Part shown: positions 9,273 to 17,901 of the stretch, piece by piece | Numbering within the stretch: position 1 is the stretch's first letter | Layout: every line of letters starts with the position of its first letter | From: Dehalococcoidia bacterium | GTDB lineage: Bacteria > Chloroflexota > Dehalococcoidia > Lucifugimonadales > UBA2985 | Direction of reading: 5' to 3' | Length of the DNA stretch: 64,000 nucleotides | Assembly: GCA_965263185.1 (NCBI GenBank) | Contig: OZ253588.1 | Coordinates: forward strand, 1,153,454-1,217,453 | Program-made: the position numbers and the translations under genes | Notes under the pieces: model-generated | What the model was told of the DNA's origin: nothing | Seen by the model: only the letters and a program-made list of their open reading frames with translations | The model's database searches: none

Positions 9273-10145
9273 CTAAGGGATGTCCTCGGACGTTTCGGCG
9301 GACGTTGTGGTTATGATCCCCTTAAGAACGTCGGCGCCCGTGGGGTCGTGGCTTCCCTCGACCGGCTCTATGGACACCGCGATATTATCGAAATCCCTGA
9401 TGGAGCCTATACCCTGCACCATTAGCTGGCCGTAGCCCGCGCTGTTCACGGTGAAGGTCCCTCCGCTTTCCATGGCGCCGTTTGTCATGAGCCACAGCTG
9501 GTACGCCTGGTCTCTTGGCAGCGGGTCCAGATTCAGCGCTTCCAGGACGGCCCAGGTGGCGCGAGGGCTGATCATGAGCATACCCCTGGACTTGGGAGAA
9601 GCCTCAGCTCCGTCCAGCATGACGGTGGAAACCCCAGGCATGGCCGCGACGTAGGCCAGGTCCAGCTGGTCGAAGAGCAGCTGGGATATCTTCTGGTTCT
9701 CCTCTTGCATCTGGCTCAACTCTTCCCGGAGGCTCGCCGAAAGGCGAGCGTCCTCGTCCTTCAGCTCATTCACCTCCATCCACAGCAGCAAAGCGCCCAG
9801 GCTCAAGCCCACCAGGGATATGGCTACGACAGCCATCGCCGAGGCGGCCAGGGGTTGTCTCAGGCTGCTTCTGAGGAGCCCCAGGATTCCGCCCGCCATA
9901 TCCGGCCTCGTCTTCGGCCTGGCGCCGGAGTCCACAATCGCCATGATGCGCTGCTTGAGTCCCAGGGGCGCCGGCAGCGAATCGCCCAATCTCGATAGGG
10001 TTACGGTAGCCGGGCTTTCCTCGTAGAACAGGGCAAGGCAGCCCGGACACCCCTGCATGTGGGTCTCCAGCGCGGCCCGCTCATGCTCATCAAGCGCGCC
10101 CAGCAGGTAGGCTGGTATTAGCTCCTCCGCCTCATAACACTTCAT
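9273..10145 (-). CDS. Anti-sigma factor (zf-HC2 N-terminus, TM segment, RskA-like C-terminus)
   Basis: H-x3-C-x2-C motif (THMQGCPGC), a central TM segment and YQLWLMTNG in the C-terminal domain. It overlaps the upstream sigma gene by 4 nt. Confidence 0.75.
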   Translation of the reverse strand: MKCYEAEELIPAYLLGALDEHERAALETHMQGCPGCLALFYEESPATVTLSRLGDSLPAPLGLKQRIMAIVDSGARPKTRPDMAGGILGLLRSSLRQPLAASAMAVVAISLVGLSLGALLLWMEVNELKDEDARLSASLREELSQMQEENQKISQLLFDQLDLAYVAAMPGVSTVMLDGAEASPKSRGMLMISPRATWAVLEALNLDPLPRDQAYQLWLMTNGAMESGGTFTVNSAGYGQLMVQGIGSIRDFDNIAVSIEPVEGSHDPTGADVLKGIITTTSAETSEDIP

Positions 10146-10708
10146 AATAGCTCCTCCGCCGGAACTCCAATGCTCTCTCTCAGCCTCTTCAGGGCGGACC
10201 TCATGTGGGTCTTCACCGTGCCAAGGGGTTGGCCCAGCATCTCGGATATCTCCTTCTGTGTGTAGCCCTGGAAATAGCTCAGGTATATCACCTTTTGGTA
10301 CTGGTCAGGCAGATCGCGGAGAGCGCCCTGTACCCGGTAAAACTCCGCGCCCGTTTCCAGTGAAGGGGCATCCTGAGACTCAAGCTGCTCCAACATCTCA
10401 TTCTCCATGGGTGTTTCCTGCGACCTCCTGCGTCGCTTCCTGAGCTCGTCCACGGCGCGGTTGTGGGTAATGTGAGTTATCCAGGTCGAAAACCGCGCTT
10501 TCAGGGGATCGAAATTCCCACTGTTGCGCCACACAGACAGAATTACGTCCTGGGTCACCTCTTCCGCGTCCGCGCGGTCTCCCAGAATGGTCATAGCCAG
10601 AGAGAACACCCTGGAAGAATGCCGGTCATACAAAGCCGCCAGGGCCTCTTGGTCGCCGGAAGAGACCAGGTAGGTTAGCTCCGTGTCCTCCAGGAGGTTG
10701 TATTCCAC
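10142..10708 (-). CDS. ECF-type RNA polymerase sigma-70 factor
   Basis: Region 2 (EEVTQDVILSVWR, FSTWITHITHNRAVDELRK) and region 4 (YFQGYTQKEISEMLGQPLGTVKTHMRSAL). Confidence 0.9.
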   Translation of the reverse strand: MEYNLLEDTELTYLVSSGDQEALAALYDRHSSRVFSLAMTILGDRADAEEVTQDVILSVWRNSGNFDPLKARFSTWITHITHNRAVDELRKRRRRSQETPMENEMLEQLESQDAPSLETGAEFYRVQGALRDLPDQYQKVIYLSYFQGYTQKEISEMLGQPLGTVKTHMRSALKRLRESIGVPAEELL

Positions 10709-10912
10709 GGCGTTCCCTCATCCGGACGCGCACCGCCGCGTGACTTAATATACGTAGCAACGGCGCGTTCGGATGTTATCTTGACTGGGTAGATTATAAA
10801 TGAAACGGCCGAAAATCCCTAATCGTTCCTACGGCTGAATTGCGCTGCCATGCAGAGGCTGTTAGAATTCTCGCAGCGCCATCGGTGTGTAGACCCATTT
10901 TGGGAGGGCGGC

Positions 10913-11485
10913 ATGGTCCTTAGCGACCGCACAATCAAGGATGAGCTGGAGCAGGGGAGGATAGTCATTGAGCCTCTGGATCCTTCGTGCATACAACCGG
11001 CCAGCGTTGATCTCCATCTGGACCGCAGGCTGCTGGTGTTCCGCAATACACGGCAACCCTTTATAGACGTGCGGAAGGAGATGCAGGGCTTGACGGATGT
11101 GGAGGAAATACCCGGCGACGATCCGTTCATCCTGCACCCGGGGGAGTTCGTCCTGGGCAGCACCTTGGAGTCGGTTGCCCTGCCGGAGGACATTGTGGCG
11201 CGCCTGGAGGGCAAAAGCTCACTGGGCAGGCTGGGCCTTCTCATCCATTCTACGGCGGGCTACGTGGACCCGGGTTGGAAAGGCCACCTGACCCTGGAGT
11301 TGAGCAACGTTGCCAACCTGCCCATTACACTCTACTTTGGAATGAAGATAGGCCAGATCTCCTTTCTCCGGCTTACTACGGCGGCGGAGAACCCATACGG
11401 CTCCCCGGCCCTGGGTAGCAAGTACCAGGGACAGACGGAACCCACCGCCAGCAGGATTCACAGGGACTTCACGAAGAGCGGATAA
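10913..11485 (+). CDS. dcd: dCTP deaminase
   Basis: [32 protein letters not shown]. Start set at ATG 10913 (GGGAGGG upstream) rather than the ORF-track 10850. Confidence 0.9.
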   Translation: MVLSDRTIKDELEQGRIVIEPLDPSCIQPASVDLHLDRRLLVFRNTRQPFIDVRKEMQGLTDVEEIPGDDPFILHPGEFVLGSTLESVALPEDIVARLEGKSSLGRLGLLIHSTAGYVDPGWKGHLTLELSNVANLPITLYFGMKIGQISFLRLTTAAENPYGSPALGSKYQGQTEPTASRIHRDFTKSG

Positions 11486-11490
11486 CGCCC

Positions 11491-12573
11491 ATGGGCTACA
11501 TGAAGCGGGCTCTGGAGCTGTCCCGAGAGGCTTTGGGCCCTTCCAGTCCCAATCCCCCGGTAGGGGCGGTGGTGGTGAAGGATGGGCGGGTGGTAGGCGA
11601 GGGTCATACGCTGCCCCCGGGCCAGTCTCACGCAGAGGTCATCGCCCTGGAGCAGGCGGGGGAGCAGGCAAGGGGAGGCGCGCTGTACACCACTCTTGAG
11701 CCCTGCTGTCACTTCGGAAAGACACCGCCCTGCACCGGAGTCATAATCCGGGCGGGCATCGCCCAGGTCCACATTGCTACCCTGGACCCAAACCCCTTGG
11801 TGAACGGCAAAGGCATGGCCGAGTTGGAGGGCGCGGGACTCAGCGTTCACATGGACGAGCGCGGTGAAGAGGCCAGGGAGGTGGCGGAGGCATACATCAA
11901 GTTCGTGACCACCGGCCTCCCGTTTGTGATAGCCAAGTTCGCTATGAGCCTGGACGGGAAGATAGCCACATCCTCAGGCGACTCAAAGTGGATCAGCTCA
12001 GAGGCAGCTCGCCGGTGCGCCGGTGAGCTGCGGCGGCAGGTCGACGGCGTAATGGTAGGGGCCGGCACCATCCTGAGCGACGACCCACGACTGACCGCTC
12101 GCGATGCGGAAGGCAACCCATTGGCAAGGCAGCCGCTGCGTATAGTGGTGGAAGGCTCCACCCCTGTGCCTCTGACCGCGCAGCTCTTCCGAGAGGACGG
12201 CCCGCTCCTGGTGGCGGCGGCGCGCTCGGAAGGGGACAGGATGGAGGAGCTGTGCGCCGCCGGAGCGCAGGTAATGATTTTCCCTACGGAGGATGGGGCC
12301 GTAGACCTGACCGCCCTTCTCCAAGCGCTGGGAGAGCGTGGCATAACCAGCCTGCTGGTAGAGGGAGGAGGCGCTCTGCTGGGCTCCTTCTTCGACCTTG
12401 GATTGGTGAACAAGGTGGTGGCCTTTGTATCGCCCGTCATTCTGGGAGGCAGGGACTCTCCCTCGCCGGTTGCGGGTACGGGCGTAGCCGCCCTGGCCGA
12501 CGCCCTGCGCTTGAGCCGTACAAGAGTGGAGATAATTGGAGATGACGTGATGATGACTGGGATCGTGAGGTAA
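11491..12573 (+). CDS. ribD: Bifunctional riboflavin biosynthesis deaminase/reductase RibD
   Basis: NPPVGAVVV, HAEVIAL and TLEPCCHFGKTPPC deaminase motifs, plus a C-terminal reductase domain. Confidence 0.9.
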   Translation: MGYMKRALELSREALGPSSPNPPVGAVVVKDGRVVGEGHTLPPGQSHAEVIALEQAGEQARGGALYTTLEPCCHFGKTPPCTGVIIRAGIAQVHIATLDPNPLVNGKGMAELEGAGLSVHMDERGEEAREVAEAYIKFVTTGLPFVIAKFAMSLDGKIATSSGDSKWISSEAARRCAGELRRQVDGVMVGAGTILSDDPRLTARDAEGNPLARQPLRIVVEGSTPVPLTAQLFREDGPLLVAAARSEGDRMEELCAAGAQVMIFPTEDGAVDLTALLQALGERGITSLLVEGGGALLGSFFDLGLVNKVVAFVSPVILGGRDSPSPVAGTGVAALADALRLSRTRVEIIGDDVMMTGIVR

Positions 12574-12579
12574 CGGAGG

Positions 12580-13167
12580 GTGTTTACAGGCATCATACAG
12601 GAGGTGGGAAGGCTCAAGGAGAGCGATCAAGGCTCCATGAGCGTGGAGGCCGCGGCCTGCCTGGAGGGGCTTCGAGAGGGGGACAGCATAGCCGTCAACG
12701 GGACGTGCCTGACAGTGAAGGCCTTAGGCGAGGGGAGCTTCTCCCTGGACACCATGCCGGAGACCCTCAGACGCACTAACCTGGGATCCTTGAAGCTGGG
12801 AGACCCGGTAAACCTGGAGACGGCGCTCACACTCAACACACCCCTGGGGGGACATCTCACCCAGGGACACGTGGACGCTACCGGCGCCATTTCCTCCATG
12901 CAGCCGGAGGGCGACGCCCTGCTGATAAGGTTCCAGGCGCCTCCCCAGGTGATGAAGTACGTGGTGGAGAAGGGCTTCATAGCCGTGGACGGCATCAGCC
13001 TCACAGTGACGGAGTGTGACGACTCTACCTTTGGGGTATCTGTGGTAAAATATACATTGGAGCATACAAACTTGGGCCGGCGCGGGCCAGGCGACGTTGT
13101 GAATCTGGAGGTGGATATCCTGGCTAAATACGTGGAGAAACTTCTGTCTTTCCGTGGGCCGCAGTGA
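12580..13167 (+). CDS. ribE: Riboflavin synthase alpha chain
   Basis: MFTGIIQEVG and duplicated GDSIAVNGTCLTV / GFIAVDGISLTV motifs. GTG start. Confidence 0.9.
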   Translation: MFTGIIQEVGRLKESDQGSMSVEAAACLEGLREGDSIAVNGTCLTVKALGEGSFSLDTMPETLRRTNLGSLKLGDPVNLETALTLNTPLGGHLTQGHVDATGAISSMQPEGDALLIRFQAPPQVMKYVVEKGFIAVDGISLTVTECDDSTFGVSVVKYTLEHTNLGRRGPGDVVNLEVDILAKYVEKLLSFRGPQ

Positions 13168-13216
13168 CGCTCCGCGTAACTGCCCCAACACCCCCGACGC
13201 TATTTGGAGGGCGCTT

Positions 13217-14431
13217 ATGGCTCTAGTCACCATCGAAGAGGCGATCCAGGATCTCCAGGACGGCAAGTTCGTTATCCTGGTGGACGACGAAGACCGGGAG
13301 AACGAGGGCGACCTGATCATGGCTGCGGAGAAGGTTACTCCTGAGTCCATCAACTTCATGGCCATACACGGTCGAGGCCTGATATGCATGCCGGTCACCG
13401 GCCAACGCCTGGAGGAGCTCAGGCTGCCCATGATGGTCCAGGATAACACCTCCCGCTACACCACGGCATTCACCGTCACTGTCGACGCAATCCACGGCGC
13501 TACCACCGGCATCTCCGCTTTCGACAGGGCGACGACGGTCCAAGCCGTTCTTGACCCCGCCACCAAGCCGGAAGACCTGGCAAGGCCGGGACATATCTTC
13601 CCACTGCGATACCAGGAGGGCGGCGTCCTGGTCAGGGCAGGCCAGACGGAGGGGTCGGTGGACCTGGCCAAGCTGGCCGGCCTGTATCCGGCGTCCGTCC
13701 TCTGCGAGATGATGAAGGAGGACGGCACGATGGCCCGTATGCCGGACCTGGAGGAGTTCTCTGAGCTTTACGGAATCAGGATTGTCAGCGTAGCCCAGAT
13801 TATCGCCCACCGCCGCCGCCATGAGAATATGGTGCAGCGAGTGGCCGAGGCCAGGCTCCCCACGGAATTCGGAGAGTTCACCGCTGTGGCATTTAAGAGC
13901 GAGGTGGATAGCGCGGAGCACTTGGCCCTGGTTATGGGTGACGTTAAGGACGAGGCCCCGGTACTGGTCAGGGTGCACAGCGAGTGCCTCACGGGAGATG
14001 TCTTCGGCAGCCGGCGCTGTGACTGCGGCGCCCAGATAGACCTGGCGCTGGGACTCATTGCCAAGGAAGGCAGGGGTGTCTTCCTCTACATGCGACAGGA
14101 AGGGCGGGGCATTGGACTGCACAACAAGATAAAGGCCTACGCGTTGCAGGATACAGGGCTGGATACGGTGGAGGCCAATGCCAGTCTGGGCTTTGCGCCG
14201 GACCTGCGCCACTACGGCATTGGCGCTCAGATACTGGTGGAACTGGGGGTACGGAACATGCGCCTCCTTACCAACAACCCCAAGAAGGTGATAGGGCTAG
14301 AGGCCTATGGCCTAAAGCTGGTGGAGAGGGCGCCGATAATAGCGCCTTCCACGCCTGAAAACGAGAGGTATATGGAGACGAAGCGCCGGAAACTCGGCCA
14401 TCTGTTGGAGGTAGAGGGGGCGAAGGGTTGA
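13217..14431 (+). CDS. ribBA: Bifunctional 3,4-dihydroxy-2-butanone-4-phosphate synthase / GTP cyclohydrolase II
   Basis: DDEDRENEGDLI and RVHSECLTGDVFGSRRCDCG motifs. Start set at ATG 13217 (GGAGG upstream). Confidence 0.9.
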   Translation: MALVTIEEAIQDLQDGKFVILVDDEDRENEGDLIMAAEKVTPESINFMAIHGRGLICMPVTGQRLEELRLPMMVQDNTSRYTTAFTVTVDAIHGATTGISAFDRATTVQAVLDPATKPEDLARPGHIFPLRYQEGGVLVRAGQTEGSVDLAKLAGLYPASVLCEMMKEDGTMARMPDLEEFSELYGIRIVSVAQIIAHRRRHENMVQRVAEARLPTEFGEFTAVAFKSEVDSAEHLALVMGDVKDEAPVLVRVHSECLTGDVFGSRRCDCGAQIDLALGLIAKEGRGVFLYMRQEGRGIGLHNKIKAYALQDTGLDTVEANASLGFAPDLRHYGIGAQILVELGVRNMRLLTNNPKKVIGLEAYGLKLVERAPIIAPSTPENERYMETKRRKLGHLLEVEGAKG

Positions 14432-14976
14432 AGGGCCCTTCCTTTGACGACGATGAGCCGCAGGGCCCCGGACTCCACCTGAGGGGCGGCCTGGACGGCC
14501 GCGGCCTCAGGATAGCGATAGTCGCCGCCAGGTTCAACCGCTTCGTCACATCCAGACTGGTAGAGGGCGCACGCGAGGCTCTCATATCCCACGGCATTGC
14601 GGAGAATGACCTGGTTGTTACCTGGGTTCCCGGCTCTTTTGAGGCGCCGTTGGTGGCTCTGGAGATGGCCAGGACCGGGGAATGGGACGCCCTGGTCTGC
14701 CTGGGCGCCGTCATTCGAGGGGAGACCGCCCACTTCGATTACGTGGCCAGAGAGGCGGCGCGTGGCATTGCCTCCGCCTCCGTAGAGACGGGAGTCCCCA
14801 TGTCATTCGGCATCCTAACCACGTACACGGAAGCGCAGGCGCTGGAGCGCGCAGGCGGCAAATCCGGCAACAAGGGCTACGACGCGGCCCTTGCAGCCAT
14901 AGAGATGGCCAACCTGATGCGCCTTCTGCGGCGGACAGAGGACCGGCAGCCCCCGGCGCCCCCCTCGCGCCCTTAG
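14428..14976 (+). CDS. ribH: 6,7-dimethyl-8-ribityllumazine synthase
   Basis: IAIVAARFNRFVTSRLVEGA, VPGSFE and GAVIRGETAHFDYV motifs. It overlaps the ribBA stop. Confidence 0.9.
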   Translation: MKGPSFDDDEPQGPGLHLRGGLDGRGLRIAIVAARFNRFVTSRLVEGAREALISHGIAENDLVVTWVPGSFEAPLVALEMARTGEWDALVCLGAVIRGETAHFDYVAREAARGIASASVETGVPMSFGILTTYTEAQALERAGGKSGNKGYDAALAAIEMANLMRLLRRTEDRQPPAPPSRP

Positions 14977-15345
14977 ACAAGCTCAGAGCCTGCCCCGTAC
15001 TTGATACGGGGGTGAGCGGACAGATAGATCCCGCTCGTGTGCCAACCCCCGCCCGTTCGTGGTGAGCCTGTCGAACCAGGTGAGCGGGGCAACCATCCAC
15101 AGTCATTCCTGCGTAGGGAGGAATCCAGGGCGGGGGCGGTGGAGGCCCCTCCCCCCTCTGGATGACCGCGTTCGCGGGCATGACGACGTGACCCCTCTTT
15201 TCATAGATGAGCTTGTCGAACCAGGTGAGCGGGCGAATGGGGTGGCCCCCTGCGTTCCGCTCACGCCCTTCGACACGCTCAGGACGAGCGGAACCCCCGC
15301 GTCCCTTGAAAGCCCGCGGCTGTGATAGTAAGCTGTCTTGCAGAA
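14977..15345. repeat. Cluster of modular intergenic repeats (four or more modules, both orientations)
   Basis: Contains cagagcctgccccgtacttgatacggggg; ttcgtggtgagcctgtcgaaccaggtgagcgg (also at 15207-15240); ggatgaccgcgttcgcgggcatgac; and cccttcgacacgctcaggacgagcgg. Spurious ORFs here read VSLSNQVSG / LTWFDKL, as at the other sites. Confidence 0.75.
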
Positions 15346-15356
15346 AGGGGGTGGAC

Positions 15357-15695
15357 ATGACGGAACTGGTGCAGGAAAAATGCGTGGCGTGTCGCAGAGA
15401 TTCGCCCCTGGTGACCGATGAAGAGGTGGCCGAGCTGCATCCCAAGGTAGCGGAGTGGGCGATGACCTCCGAAAACTCCATCCCCCAGTTGCAGCGCACG
15501 TTCAGCTTCCCCAACTTTGCCCGGGCCCTGGCCTTCGGCAACAGCGTTGGCGAGGCGGCCGAGGACGAAGGGCACCACCCGCGCATCGTCACGGAGTGGG
15601 GCAGAGTAACGGTCACTTGGTGGACTCACAAGATACGAGGGCTTCACCGCAACGACTTCATCATGGCGGCCAAGACGGACCGGCTTTACGGCTAG
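15357..15695 (+). CDS. phhB: 4a-hydroxytetrahydrobiopterin (pterin-4-alpha-carbinolamine) dehydratase
   Basis: FSFPNFARALAFGNSVGEAAEDEGHHPRI..WGRVTVTWWTH is the PCD signature. Start is ATG 15357. Confidence 0.85.
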   Translation: MTELVQEKCVACRRDSPLVTDEEVAELHPKVAEWAMTSENSIPQLQRTFSFPNFARALAFGNSVGEAAEDEGHHPRIVTEWGRVTVTWWTHKIRGLHRNDFIMAAKTDRLYG

Positions 15696-16405
15696 CCTTC
15701 CAGAAGCCGCCGGACATCTGAGAAGACGCCCTCGAACATCTCCCGCGTGAGCCTTCCGGTTTGGGTGTTCTGCCGGCTGGGGTGGTAGGACGATACCAGG
15801 GTCTTGCCGTCCGGCAGCCGATGGGCCGCCCGATGGGAGAAGCGCGGCTTGGGCGCAGGCGTCTCCTGCCCCATCTCCCGCCGGGCCGTCAGGTAGCTGT
15901 CGAAGGCGATCTTCCCCAGGGCCACTACGACGCTTACCCCGGTTAGCAGCGACAACTCTTGCAGCAGGTAGGGGCGGCACGCGGCTTTCTCAACGGTCGA
16001 TGGCTTGTTGTCAGGAGGCGCGCACCGCACCGCCGCTGTGATGTAGGCGTCCCTCAGCGCAAGCCCATCGTCGCGGCGCTGTGAAATGGGGGAGCTGGCG
16101 AACCCAAATTTGTATAGCGTCTCGTAGAGCCAGTCGCCGCTGCTGTCGCCGGTGAACATGCGCCCGGTGCGGTTTCCGCCGTGGGCTGCGGGGGCCAGCC
16201 CGATGATCAACGCCCGCGCATTGGGGTCTCCAAAAGAGGGCAGCGGCCGACCCCAATACTCCTGGTCAAGGTACATACGGCGCTTCTCTCGGGCCGTCCG
16301 CTCCCTGTGCTCCACCAGCCGCGGGCACAGGCGGCAGGCCGTCACCGCAAGGTTCAGCGTCTCAAGGGCCTGGGCAAGGCCCGTTTGCGTGGCGGTGTGC
16401 GTCAT
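15692..16405 (-). CDS. Uracil-DNA glycosylase, family 4/5 (Fe-S type)
   Basis: CRLCPRL, LIIGLAPAAHGGNRTGRMFTGDSSGDWL and HPSRQNT motifs. Start set at ATG 16405. Confidence 0.85.
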   Translation of the reverse strand: MTHTATQTGLAQALETLNLAVTACRLCPRLVEHRERTAREKRRMYLDQEYWGRPLPSFGDPNARALIIGLAPAAHGGNRTGRMFTGDSSGDWLYETLYKFGFASSPISQRRDDGLALRDAYITAAVRCAPPDNKPSTVEKAACRPYLLQELSLLTGVSVVVALGKIAFDSYLTARREMGQETPAPKPRFSHRAAHRLPDGKTLVSSYHPSRQNTQTGRLTREMFEGVFSDVRRLLEG

Positions 16406-16455
16406 GGGGTTATTGGTGGGAAGATGTTCTGGAAGCGCAAACGGTCCCGGCCGGC

Positions 16456-17439
16456 CTACTCCTGGGGCCGAATCAGCAGCACGGGGCTGTAGGACGACCT
16501 GAGGACGCGATCGGCCACGCTTCCCATTATCCAGCGTCCCAGGCCGGAGCGGCCGTGGGTGCACATTACGATGAGGGTTCCATCGTTCTCGGCGGCCAGG
16601 TCGACAATGTGGTCCGCCGGAAAGCCGACCTTCACCGTGCAATCGACGTCAAACCCCTTCATCTGCAGCTCCGCCTGCTTCTCATTCAGATAGCTGACGG
16701 CGGCGCTCTCTATGCTCTCGACCATCTGCGGGTCAAAGGCGTAGCCCTCCATGGACGGGTAGGCCATTGTGGGCGTGGTCACCACCTGCACCAGGGACAG
16801 CTTGACGCCCATTGGCCCGGCCAACGCCTCCGCGTGGGACAGCGCCAACTCCGCCAGCGCTGAGCCGTCCAGGGGCACCAGGATGGTGTCGATTGTCTTT
16901 CTCTCCAACGCGGTCTCTCCGCCGTCTCTGGGCCGCAGGAGAAACAGGGGGACGGACGAGGATTGCAGCAGCTTGCCGGCGTTGCTGCCGTACACCCACC
17001 TGCTCAGTCCGGAGCGGCCGTGAGTGGACATGGCTATGAGGTCGATGTCCTCCTCCTGGGCGATGGCCGTTATCGCCGATGTGGGGTCGTCTCCGTGGAC
17101 GGCCCTTGTCCTGGTCCTGAGCGACGGCAACGATGCGGCGACCTGCGCCAGTCGCTCCTCCGCGGCGCGGAGGGCGCGTTCCATCATCTGCTCCCTGGTC
17201 TCGGCGGAAGCGACCGAGGAGTCCGGCATGTCGCGAAGGTATGACGTCCCCGCCATGCCGAACGCGCCCGTGGCCTCGTCGACCATGGGCAGGGCCTCCA
17301 TCCAGGTGCCTCCGATCTTTGGCTCCTCCACCACGGTCAGCAGAAGCGCCTCAGCGTCGACCGCCTCCACCAGCTGAGCCACCCGTCCCAAAACCGCTTC
17401 CGAAAACCTGGAGCCGTCCAGAGGAACGAGGACCTTCAT
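16456..17439 (-). CDS. Tandem-domain universal stress protein
   Basis: Two UspA domains, each ending in the G-x2-G-x9-GS motif (MSTHGRSGLSRWVYGSNAGKLL; MCTHGRSGLGRWIMGSVADRVL). Confidence 0.85.
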   Translation of the reverse strand: MKVLVPLDGSRFSEAVLGRVAQLVEAVDAEALLLTVVEEPKIGGTWMEALPMVDEATGAFGMAGTSYLRDMPDSSVASAETREQMMERALRAAEERLAQVAASLPSLRTRTRAVHGDDPTSAITAIAQEEDIDLIAMSTHGRSGLSRWVYGSNAGKLLQSSSVPLFLLRPRDGGETALERKTIDTILVPLDGSALAELALSHAEALAGPMGVKLSLVQVVTTPTMAYPSMEGYAFDPQMVESIESAAVSYLNEKQAELQMKGFDVDCTVKVGFPADHIVDLAAENDGTLIVMCTHGRSGLGRWIMGSVADRVLRSSYSPVLLIRPQE

Positions 17440-17558
17440 TGCAACCTCCCGTCTTGTTTCATCACAGGCTGGGTATATTATACTCCACCGTCAACCTCCT
17501 CACGTCCTATTTGCGTGTGGTATTATCTAGGGACTTGGGTTGCCGGAGAGAAGTTGCA

Positions 17559-17901
17559 ATGCACATAACGAGCATAGCTAGTCAAGACATACCACAGATA
17601 GACGGTATTGATTTCCAATTTCATAAGCGGGTGAACCTGTTCATCGGCCCAAACGCGTCCGGCAAGAGTACCATCCTGCGGGCTATAATGCATTTGCGCT
17701 CCTTGGCGCTAGCGTCGGGGGGATCTACTATTCGCTCATTAGAAGCCAGAGGTATCTTTAACTGGGGCGATAGCACTACATATGTGGATGGAATCAACTA
17801 CCCCAGCCCTGGGGGTGGTCTGTCATTTGGTATGGAAGCAAGCGATGATTGGCCGCGAGATGACAAAGGGGGCATCAGATGGACCGAAGTGCCTTTCTTA
17901 T
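17559..17901 (+). pseudogene. ptuA: Septu-like PtuA ATPase, N-terminal fragment (gene split by IS1380-family insertion)
   Basis: Walker A motif LFIGPNASGKST. The reading frame runs straight into the IS left end at 17902. Confidence 0.7.

Noticed and set aside
14977-15345. Intergenic repeat clusters as possible CRISPR arrays
   Set aside because: The modules occur in mixed orientation with irregular spacing and no repeat-spacer regularity. No cas genes are present in the window.
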